Assembly: GCA_964016885.1 (NCBI GenBank)
Contig: OZ024745.1
Location: forward strand, 76,818,001-76,882,000
Length of the DNA stretch: 64,000 nucleotides
Direction of reading: 5' to 3'
DNA from: Eledone cirrhosa
Lineage: Eukaryota
Shown piece by piece: positions 9,351 through 19,979 of this stretch (its first letter is position 1; the number at the start of each line of letters is the position of its first letter). The position numbers and the translations under genes are program-made. Under the pieces are notes generated by a model that was given only the letters and a program-made list of their open reading frames with translations, made no database searches and was not told the DNA's origin.

Positions 9351-12198
9351 AATAAATTCTATATACCCGCATTTCCATTTCGTAAATTTTTCTCCAATTT
9401 TTCTCTATATATATATATATATTTATATGTGTTGAGAGTTAAAATGTTTTTCATGTATTTTCTTATATTTTATTATACTCAATTGTTTATTTAATGAAAT
9501 GTAAATATAATAAACTTTTTTGCAATAACCTCTAAAAAATTTAATTTTGAAACTTCACTGAAAAATTTCACATTTTTATCTTGATTATTTATAAATTTAG
9601 AGCAATTTTTGTATAGGTATCTTAAATAACTATTGATTTTCACTATTCAGCTTTGGGAACTAGTGTCAAAATATCATAAAATTTGTTCAGGGAGGTAGTC
9701 AGTGGCAGCAGCAGGGGTTGTCAGGGAAGAAATGGTTAATGTAATAACTAGAATTTCTGGATAGCCAAAGATCTAGGCCCCAATATAGTTGACAAAGAGG
9801 TTGGCATAGCTCATGCACATCTTAATGCCCATAACCACCCTGTTAGCATATTGATAGAATTCACCAGAGAAGGAGAAACAGTTATGTATAAGAACAAGTT
9901 CAACTAAGTGAAGAAGGGTGATGGTGCTAAAGAGCCTGTGCATGAGTGTCTGTATAGCATTTTCTTACCTTCTCAATACCTTTCAAATCTGTTAACAGTT
10001 ATCTTCCTCTTCCTTTACTCTCCTTTGCCTGTTTACTCTCACTCATACTAATTTATTCTTAAACACTGATTGACATTGCTTCTCTCTCCAATGAAGAGTT
10101 CTACTCCAAACACTAGACTTCCTTACAATATAAAACTTATTCAATCACTGTTTGAATTATTTGTATTACTTTTTGTTGATGCAAAGCATCGCCTATTTCT
10201 TTGGACTCTACTGTCTTCTATATACACTATATTATATCAAAATCATCAGCGTTATCCCTACAAGCTTTTGGGTTTTGAAACTCCCTTATAAAGCATAACT
10301 GATTAAAATATTCATTGAGCTAAAGCTATCCTTTTCTCAATGTATAAATATATTTAATGAAGTATTTGATACCCAAATATATTTAATAAAGTATTTGATA
10401 CCCAATACTCTGTGTATGTGTATGTATACATGGTGAGTTGGTAGAGTTGTTAGAACATCAGGTAGAATGCTTTGCAGTATTTGTTCCAGCTCTCTGCACT
10501 TTGAGTTCAAATCCTGCTAAAGTTGACTTTGCCTTTACATCCTTTCAAAGTCGATAAAAAGAAGTACCAGTACAGTACTGGGGTTGATTCTGCTACTCAC
10601 TTCTTCTCCTTCTCTCACCTTCCCTGGAGGAAATTGGCTGTGTTCAAACCTGTAGAATAGATAGGCTTCATCAGGCTTAAAATGCCCAAGATATGCCATA
10701 TGACAGCACCTTTACAATTCCACTAGAAGTTACAGATGAATAAATATAATACACTGTATATATGTCAACATTAACTTAACTATTGCTTTTCATGCAGATA
10801 GAATCCCTGTGATGTTTTTTTTTTTTTTTTATTTTTAATATGATGATCAGAATGTAAAAGATTTAATAAAATGCTTAGAAAATGTAGAACATCTTGGACA
10901 CAGGAAGATAGCTGTGAATACAGCTTAGAAAATTGGGTAAAATACCCCTTTAGAAGGAAGAAGTTGCCTGCAACCACTACATAGAATCAAACTTTGTACC
11001 TCTCAAATTCCAGCTGATATAATATAATATAATAACGTTACTCTATATTCTATTGATTTATATCTGTGTAAAGGAAACTAACATGTGTTAGCATGGCCAT
11101 AAATATAACTGATGCCATAATAACTGATGCCATAATAACTGATGCCATAGTACTGAAACTAATATTTTCTCAGAGAGCAGCTTTGCTGTTGATCCTTTTG
11201 TGGTTAATAAAAAAAGTACCAGTCAAGTACTTGGAGCAATTCTTTCTTTGTATCTATTTTTCACTTCCTTTCTCTTATTTCATCTATATTTAAATGAAAG
11301 AAATCAGCTGTGTCCAGACCTGGAGAGGAGATGAACTCCATCAGGCTTCAAATGTCTAAGACAACACCCCTACAACTTCATCAGGAGTTACAAATCCATT
11401 TATACATATATATGTTCTCAGTTTTTTTTCTAGAAGTATGTCACCACTTATGGTTGTATGAGTATGTGTACAAAAATGGTATAGGCATGTCCAAATGGTC
11501 CAGAGGTTTTTCTTTTGCAATAATAATATCTCTTGTTTCAGAAATCTCCTTTGCCATAGCTGTGAGTAAAATTGGGTAAACAGAAACTGTGCCTTGTAAT
11601 TCAAAGAGTCTCCCTTATCAAACATAGTGTGATGTAACTGAAAGGGCAAGGCTGATTCAGCCTGAGCATTATGTTAAGATTACAATTGTCTGTGTAATAT
11701 TCAGCCTCATATACTATAATACAATAAGCAAGTAATCTGAAATATAAAAAAAAATGGAATGCTCATTGCTAAAAATGATAGAGGACACATCTACTTCTTA
11801 TGCAAGCAAAATAGACATTAAATGATGATGATGGTGTTTTTATTTATCTGTGATAAATGTTTAATTAGACCACAAGTCTGAGTTTCAATTCAGTCATTCA
11901 CTCCTGAAGAGAAGAAAGATTACCCTTCTAAAACCAATAGAATGTATCACCCTTTGACAGTTTATTAAAAGGATTAAACAATTTTCTTTAGTTATCACTC
12001 TTATGAGAGAAAAATGAAGTATTAAATCATTGATTTGAACTGATCAGATCCAATCCTGAAATATTAGCACATGTATCAAACTACTAATGCATGTCAACTA
12101 ATTCTTATATTTATCATCATCCATGGAATTAGAAACCATTCCAGAGAGTGAGTTCCTGAAAGCTGTGACTCTGGGTAAAAAGATTGGACAGGGTCTTT

Positions 12199-12392
12199 AG
12201 GCGGTGGATTGGCAGTATCAGTAGAGGGTCGGGCGCCATGCTTTGACGCAAAGAGTTACGTCCCTTTACGATCTGAGTTCAAATCCCGCCGAGGTTAACT
12301 TTGCCTTTCATCCTTACGGGGTTGATAAAATAAAGTACCAGTAATGCACTGGGTAATTGCTGGCCTTGTGCCTAACGTAGAAACAATTATAT
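12199..12392 (+). mobile_element. tRNA-like SINE family B (~190 bp)
   Basis: GGCGGTGGATTGGCAGTATC...GAGTTCAAATCC (B box)...GCCTTTCATCCTTACGGGGTCGATAAAATAAAGTACCAG...TAGAAAC(AAT)n. The central block resembles the Meta SINE domain from memory (unverified). Other copies near 10432, 15203, 22679, 23374, 24467, 25396, 25950, 33641, 33989, 39830, 44325, 44745, 58990, 59190, 61952-62616. Confidence 0.85.
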
Positions 12393-13725
12393 TTTATATA
12401 TTTAATGCTATATATCCAACTAAAACAAAATTCAATTTAATTTCTTAAATATTCATCTAATCCAAATTTGATTTGCAATTGTTTTCTAAACATTCCTAAA
12501 ATACAATGGCTAGAAAGTTAAGGTGACTTCAGAATTATAGATTCAAACTTTTTAGAGAGGCACATGAATTTTATTTTAACATTATTTAACCATAACTGGG
12601 ATTGTACTCGGGATTTTTGCAGATCCTTCCAAACTAAGGTTGAATCAATTGATGATCTGCTTGAACTATGTAAGTTGGGAGCCATAAAAAAAAAAAGTCC
12701 AGAGAGTGAGTTCCTGAAAGCTGTGACTCTGGGTAAAAAGATTGGACAGGATCTTTAGGTAGATTTGATAGGGTGAGGTAAAGTTTAGATGAAGTGGGTG
12801 GGACTGGTGTATTGGATATGCTTGGATGCACATAAGCAGAAGCCATTGTAGTTATAGTAGCTTAGAAAGGAAAATAGTGCATGTTTGGACATATGATTCT
12901 AATGTGCTGGTCAGTGAATCAGACTTTAACCCTTTTGATATAAACATACTCAAAACCATCTTTGTCTCTATGAAACAAAACGTAATTTTATCTAATGACA
13001 TTGTGTTGTTACAAAAGTTTATTTAATGAAACAGTAATTTTAGTAAATCCCTACAAATTCTTCATTAATTGATTAAAATACTAACGGTTTACTTAGAAAT
13101 ATGGTAATGTAAGAGTTAAACTTATTGCACAGATGATCTGTTAGCAGTAGGAAATGCATCTAACAGCCCCAACAGAATAAAATATATCTCTAAAGTTACC
13201 AAGTAAACATACCAATGTTACAATGGAAAAACAGATATTTTAAAATGTTATTGTGGATAATTTTACGAGCTCCAATATTTCCTAAATTGTCTGTGTGTGT
13301 GTGTTTAACTGACATTGTTGCTTGCTTTTCTTTATTCTCCCATTTATCAGATACCACAACATTCTAGATTTGAAGCATAATTGCTGAGAGCATATGTTGT
13401 AGGTATTGAGTTGAAATTCACTGCTGACATTTTGTTGTATATTTATGTGAATAGTAACACTTCATTATGCACATCATTCACTTAGATGTCAAAAAATAAA
13501 GTACCAAATCTGTGGAAAATTGACCATTGTTTTATTGATGGTTAAAGTGTATCGTTTATTTGCTTAATACCATAAAAATATAGCTACATACCAGTCCTAT
13601 TTTGGGGTGGGAGACAGATTTTAAATTGTTGAGTGATTACTATATATTCACTCTTGATATGATGATGCAACAATTACTGTATGTACTTGCATATAAACCA
13701 AGAGATATGTGACAAAAAAATTGAT

Positions 13726-14072
13726 GGAGGCACATGGCTTAGTGGTTAGAGCATTGGCCTTGCAATCGAAAGGTTGTGAGTTCAATTCTCAGACCGGGCG
13801 ATGTGTTGTTTCCTTGAGCAAGACACTTTATTTCACATTGTTCCAGTTTACTCAGCTGTAGAAATGAGATGATAGGGACTGGGGTCCATATCATTCCACT
13901 GCAAAGTGGTCGTGCAGGTGCCACGGCAAAAAAGCACCCAGCACTCACTGTAAATGAGGTTGGTGTTAGGAAGGGCATCCAGCTGTAGAAATCAAGCCAA
14001 AATCAGTTCCCGTCCCACCCTTGCAAGCAGGGAAAAAGCGGACGTAAAATGAAATGATGATGAAATGATGAT
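13726..14072 (+). mobile_element. Full-length family A SINE
   Basis: Near-identical reverse complement of 4785-5128 (ORF-track peptides 4876..5115 and 13739..13978 are almost the same). Confidence 0.88.
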
Positions 14073-15202
14073 TCGCGGTCAATAATTTGCCAAATTCAAA
14101 TTTTACATAAATAAGGTGCTAAAATATCTGGAGTGATTATTTTATAATGAAATACTGTTTTTTCTACATTTACTACATCATTATTAGTGTTATTTATGAA
14201 TTTCCTTGAAAATATTTTCAACAAAATTTTATAATTTGAACATTTTAATATATAAATATCCCCTACATAAGCACACACACATGCGTACACATGAACATAC
14301 ACATACATGCATAGATACATGCACACATGTGCCTAATGTTTATTCTCTGGTTTAATAATACTTTTTTTTCAATCTTACCTAAGATTGAAATCTTATTTTT
14401 GACATGTGTTTTTATTGATCTTGCTCTCCTTCCCTTCTCTCAATCTCTCACTTTCTGTCTCTCTCTTCCTTTTCTACTTTATGAATCACTATACAAAGTT
14501 CTCCTATTCAATATCTTGCTTTCAAAATACTCTCAGCATGTGAATGGCTGGAATTAAACAAAATATTTAAACTTAATGGAATTGTGAAACAAAAACTGTA
14601 TTCTAAATGACACTTAAAACATTTTAAACAACAAAATATTAAAACTTCACAGATATATTTTATACTCAAGAGAATTTGAAAACCACACCAACTAAACATA
14701 ATGTCTTGATTAGCTGCTTAAAAATGGGACTTGGATTTTTGCCCATTTCTCAGACATGAAATAGTGGAGGGAGGCGGCTAATATTCAAATTGGCTTATAT
14801 TCGAGTATATACGGTAATTGTCAGTTAATCTAACTTTACTATGCTACTTAAACTAGTGATCTTGCCCTTCTAGGCTAGATTGAGCTATTATTATTAACAC
14901 AGCATATTGATGTTGATGGACACAAATCTTCCACAGTAGTAGTTTGGCACCTAGTGATTTAGCTTAGTGTGACTTTCCTTAATGTAGATATTTCTTTTTA
15001 ACCCATTTGATAATAGACTGCTTGAAGCTGCCTGGTTCTATGATGCTAAGCTAATCATTTCAAAGTATTTTTATATATCTAGAAACTTGCCCTCATAATT
15101 TTAAGCTATACACTAAATATCAGATAAATAATGAAAGTTACTAAATCCTTAGAAATTATATTATTTTCAAAATTGTTTGAAAAACATAGGCAATGTCTTC
15201 AT

Positions 15203-15395
15203 TCGGTGGATTGGCAGTATCGGTAGAGGGTTGTACGCCATGCTTTAACGCATACAGTTACGGCCTTCACCATTCTGAGTTCGAATCCCGCCGAGGTTAA
15301 CTTTGCCTTTCATCCTTACGGGGTCGATAAAATAAAGTACCAGTAATGTACTGGGTAATTGCTGGCCTTGTGCCAAAAAGTAGAAATAATTATTA
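15203..15395 (+). mobile_element. Family B SINE
   Basis: Near-identical to 12199-12392. Confidence 0.85.
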
Positions 15396-15404
15396 ATATT
15401 GTAA

Positions 15405-15621
15405 TTAACCCATTTAAACCGTCCATATCCGGCCAGAATTCTCCCACCTCTTTCTGTTCAAACCAGCTGTAACTGGCCACGCATACTGATATTAAGGTAT
15501 TTCAAAATAAATAACATCAAAATCTCGTAAATTTGATATTATGTGACATAATTATGTGAGATAGTGTTTACTGTGAAAATATAATAGTAAATATAGAGTA
15601 ATGTAAATGCTAAAGTGTTAA
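15405..15621. mobile_element. TTAA-type (piggyBac-like) MITE
   Basis: ttaaccc...taaatgctaaagtgttaa; same family as 33173-33307 and 42234-42410 (TIR ccctttagcattta). Confidence 0.7.
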
Positions 15622-15688
15622 AGCATTAAGTTGTTGCTTGTTTTCTTTTTCACCGTTCTTGTCTATTCTTCTTTGATAAATATTTCAG

Positions 15689-15849
15689 TTGACTTATTCT
15701 CTTACAAGATTTGCTATCTATGATGTTATGAAAAAGAAGCTGGTAGATGGCAATAATGTGATGCCTTTTTATCAGAAAGTGTTGACAGCAGGTATTTCTG
15801 GAGCCATTGGTGGTGTTGTGGGGACACCTGCTGATTTAGTCAATGTCAG
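15689..15849 (+). CDS. SLC25A10: DIC coding exon B
   Basis: tttcag|TTG...GTC AG|gtaaaa; 161 nt; LTYSLTRFAIYDVMKKKLVDGNNVMPFYQKVLTAGISGAIGGVVGTPADLVNV(R); carrier signature PADLVNVR; phase agrees with neighbouring exons. Confidence 0.95.
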
Positions 15850-16103
15850 GTAAAATATTCAATATTTCTTCTATTTCTGTTTAGTAATATTTCTCTCTCT
15901 TTCTCTGCAAATAAGCATCACTAGCTGGTGTTTCATACACAAAACCCATATGAGCTCTAGCTTATTTTTGTCTTATGTAAATGTCACCAATCATGGATAA
16001 AAATCTGGCATTCTCAACATTACTGAGATATCTGTGACTCTTGTATAGTGAGATTTTCATATGTATATTATACATAAACATATGCTTCTACATATACCCC
16101 TAT

Positions 16104-16149
<46 letters not shown>

Positions 16150-16644
16150 TGTGTGGGAATATCTGGCTATTTGCTTTGACGAAATGTTGCCATTTCTCAG
16201 TCAATCTCCCCAAACTTTGGCACAGGGATCTAGATCTATCCGAGAATAATTTGTGAATGGAAATATTCTTTCACCTAGTTACATCCAAGGTAAATAGAGA
16301 GAATTCTAGACAGATTAGAGAAAGACTGAACATTCTAATGGAGTGTGAGGGTAATTTTCTTTTTTTGTGTAAAACAGCATAGAACTTTGTATTTGTTGTT
16401 CTATGATATAACAGCCATCTTACTTCTTCAGTCTCTTTTCAACTTTCCTTTTGCATATTTACTTAGGTAGCTGTGATATGATCGTAGCAAAAAATACTCA
16501 CACCAACACTTATGTGTTTTTATTATACATAGACATTTTGTATATGCATTTATAAATGCATCTATTTGGGATCATGCTCTGTTAGTGTTACTGCTAATTG
16601 ATACTAGTCTGTCAAACTCACACTATATGCAAATGAGCATCTCC

Positions 16645-18180
16645 ATCTTCTTTACCCACTCACTCCTGGGAAGGCATGGTGGCAGAATCCTCAAGCATGT
16701 CTTCCAGTAGGTCCTCTCAGAAGCAACCATCTCCAATTTATCTGGCTGGATCCTCAAGCGAGACCAGAAAAGGTCATGGACGTTATCCAACCATCTTGCT
16801 CAGGGTCTACCCATGGGTCTCTTGCCAGTTAGTTTTGCCCATAAAATCTGTCCAGCGATTCTTTCCTGAGTCAATCTAACCACATGTCCATAATATCTCA
16901 ATTCAGAGAGCAACTCTCAGGACTTCTTATTATGAAGTCTGTGGATGGTCCACCAGAACACTTTATTTGCTGATCTGAAATACTCCTATCTCTTAACCTT
17001 GGACACCTTTACTGTCTCTGCTGAGACTTTCCACACCTGCTTGTCCTTCAAGTGCAAGAAGGTGGTCGTATTTATAAGCCAAGGTTTGTAAGCCTCATTC
17101 TTTGCTCAGATGGCATCTTTGACCACTTGATTAAACGAAGAGATCCTCCTGCCACCCAGTTTCACACCAACCTGCTTTCACCCGCATCATTTAACAGCTG
17201 AAGCAAAAACTGCATAGCTGAACTGCCTCCATTCTGTTTCCACCCTCAATTTGCTTATAGACTTCTCTGAATTTGAATGCCATAATATCTGCAAGCATGG
17301 TCCTTACCTCCTTATTTGCCAGTACTTCTTGCTTTATCCTATAGGTTGAGTTGGACTTGCAAGTTTTATGGGCTTTCTTAGCTTTAGGTAGTCTCAGGCT
17401 GCAGATAACTAGATGGTGATCAGTTGAAAGCTCAGCCCATCTTTTAACACAAACATCCAGCACAGAATCAAAGAGATCAAAGACAATAACAAAATCAATT
17501 GTTGCTCTCTCTCTTTCTGATTCCTCTTATGCCATGTATATTTAGATAGGGATTGCTGTTCCTTCCAATCACTTCTTTCTATGTCAGGTAGTCAGTTCCA
17601 GCAAGTCTTCCATTAGGATATATGACTCAATCTTTACATCTAATGCTGCTGTGACTTCATCAAGGAAAGATCTGCATCTAGGCTCTCTGTTTGGTGCATA
17701 AACTTGCACCACCCACTCAGAGACCTTTCTTTCAGCATAAGCTTCATGAACCAAATTCTCCCATAACACATTCTGATAGGTGAGGGCGAATAGTGGAGTT
17801 TCCATGCTCCATCCAAATCTACAGTACGAGAGCCACAGAACTTTGTTGATGAAACCCTGTTTATATCTAACCTTAGCACCTAGCTGCCTAAATTAGTTCC
17901 TGCTCCTTGCCTCTGCTGGAGAATTGATCTGAGAAAAGTACCAAATTGGTGACAGGTGTGAACAAGACCACCAAAACACTGCAGTATATTTACACAATAA
18001 AGGTAGTCATACCATATCATCCTTTGCATGGGATAACAAGAGACACATCCAGGCCTTAGGTAGAGGGGCCTGTTCGGAAAATATATTTCAGTTTCTTTCC
18101 AAGAACTGGTGATATGCCTGTGACCTGTCCTGGGACACATGGGATGGAATCATTAAGGTTATGTATCCTGAGACCCCAGA
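16645..18180 (-). mobile_element. Rex3/Expander-like RTE LINE, internally deleted
   Basis: Minus strand gives APE motifs (VQVYAPN; LDVCVKRWAELSTDHHLV, ORFs 17584..17805 and 17191..17463) and C-terminal RWLDNVHDLFWSRLRIQPDKLEMVASERTYWKTCLRILPP; (GAA)n tail. Confidence 0.75.
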
Positions 18181-18285
18181 GAGGGTCCTGAATGGAGCAA
18201 ACCATAAATGTATCATTTGCAAAAATATATATATAAGCTATCAGCTTATTTGCCTTAGTACTGTGTGTGTAAATATCACTGATAA

Positions 18286-19979
18286 CACCGTGTAACATAT
18301 TTTATGTTCCCCGGTTCTAAGTGTCATATCCTGGTTTGTTATATCCCATTATTATAAAAAAACACTATTACTTAGTCAGAAGTTTGGGTTTGTGGTCAGG
18401 AGTTTGATATTTTGAAATATTCATATTTTTCAAGAAAAAAACAAAATTTATCCGTTCATATAATTAAATCAACAGAGTATATATTTATTTTATTACACAA
18501 GCTTATCAAAAGCAAACGAGTAAAAACAAATAACACTTATAAAGCAACTTATACACGTCAGAAATGACTGCATTTCCTGGATTTGTGGTTGTAGTCCAGG
18601 TCGCATTCCCGCACTAGCCCCCAGTTAGTCCCCCATCATTTTTTCATTGTAGTGGCCCTGGTACCTCCACTCTATCTCTTTCACATCTTGGTGGAATCGT
18701 TCACCTTGTTCTTCTGAGTAGGCGCTCATATTGTCCTTGAATTTTTCCAGGTGAGCGTCCAGCATATGGAGTTTAAGCAACAGCCTGCATCCCATGGCGC
18801 CAAAAGGCTTTATCAGATCCTTCACCAGTTGCTGGTAGTTTTCAGCTCTGTAGTTGCCCAGGAAGCCCTTAACAACTGCCTTAAAACAGTTCCATGTTGT
18901 TCTCTCAATCCTATTGAGCTTATTGGAGAACTCGGTAGACTCAAACACCTTCTTTATCTGAAGTCCAACAAAAATTCCACCTTTGATTTTGGCCTCAGAT
19001 AACTTGGGGAAGAACTCAAGAAGGTACTTAAAAGCTGCTGATTCTTGGTTGAGAGCCTTCACAAACTGCTTCATCAACCCCAACTTAATGTGCAGTGGCG
19101 GCATGAGCACAATCCTGGGATCAACCAGTGGCTCCCACATGACGTTCCAGGTCCCAACTACAAATTCTGTTCGCTGCTCCCAGTTCTTTCTTTTGTAGTG
19201 GTCAGAGTTGGCTCTGCTCTCCCAAAGGCAGAGGAAGCATTGAAATTTGATAAAGCCTCCTTGGAGTCCAAGCAGGAAAGCCACCATCTTGAAGTCTCCA
19301 ATGATTTCCCAATTGTACTGGTTGTATTGCAGAGTTTCAGGCAGACTGAATGAGCTAGGGGCAGTGTCGGGAACTTGTTTCCATTGTGGAGGAGGACAGC
19401 CTTCAAACTTGTGGTAGAGCTGTCTATAAATAGCCGCCACTCCTTGGGCACAAACGGCACCCAATAACGTCAAACATTCCAGGCACGTCATGGCAGAAGC
19501 AGCGGCCATCCCTAAGAGTGTAAAAGCCTGAGAAAGGCTCGTGTCGACTTCTCTGACTTGTCACCTGCACTTCCTCCTTGACCAAGTTCCACTGTTTCAT
19601 CCTGGAGACGAATGCTTAAAACACAACTTACCCTTTATTCAGGGTGCGAAAATCCAGTATCAATAAATCTCTTTAATCCACTTTTTAACAATTTTATACT
19701 TTATTGCACTTTTATAATTTTCTTTAGGTATTACTCTTTATTTTATAATTTTAATTTAACCTGAAACATATATAAAAAAAATGATTTAACATAAGCAAAT
19801 TAAACTTACATACAACGTAAAATCCAGCATACAAATAATTCTAGTGAATAGCTTAGAATTTTTACAAACCCAAATTTTTAACTGTTTAATAGCACTTTTT
19901 TATTTATTTGGGACCTAAGCAACACAAAAAAGTGATTACAAGCCAGGAACAGAGAAAAAACATTTTTTTGTTACACGGT
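18286..19979 (-). mobile_element. Chapaev3-like (CMC) DNA transposon with frameshifted transposase
   Basis: Termini taa|caccgtgtaaca ... tgttacacgg(t)aa (TWA-type TSD). Overlapping ORFs 19158..19460 and 18625..19509 give WRLFIDSS..SLKAVLLHNGN, CFLCLWESR, PPLHIKLGLMKQFVKAL, SEAKIKGGIFVG, EQGERFHQD; N-terminus deleted. Superfamily assigned from memory of these motifs. Confidence 0.75.

Larger units (their letters stand above)
6356..9405 (+). mobile_element. Penelope-like retroelement (Naiad-type), 5'-truncated, with inverted pseudo-LTRs
   Basis: 6461-6992 is the reverse complement of 8874-9405 (532 bp each, about six mismatches seen by eye); RT plus GIY-YIG ORF between them; flanked by (TA)n on both sides; hammerhead motif in each pLTR copy. 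Confidence 0.92.
5590..9739 (+). mobile_element. piggyBac transposase remnant, split by the PLE insertion
   Basis: LIQKQKENLVAMAWHDK (about 5708-5760), a P.AI..Y..HM..D..DQLR..Y-like segment, and C-terminal cysteine-rich CKQC...EQCKVNPCLSCF (ORF 6067..6270); candidate right end ...tgg|TTAA at 9735-9739. Boundaries approximate. Confidence 0.65.

Noticed and set aside
10630-10680. Minus-strand CTGATGA-agcct...aggtt-tGAAC hammerhead-like motif
   Set aside because: GAAA and stems I/III are absent; the similar sequence at 11305-11350 lacks the core, suggesting an old repeat fragment.
11104-11148. Short tandem triplications (15-bp here; 16-bp at 34712-34755; 24-bp duplicate at 36517-36568)
   Set aside because: Ordinary slippage products with no further structure.
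13726-13800. tRNA gene
   Set aside because: A/B boxes present but no complete cloverleaf; it is the head of a repeated SINE (same for 5055-5128 and family B heads).
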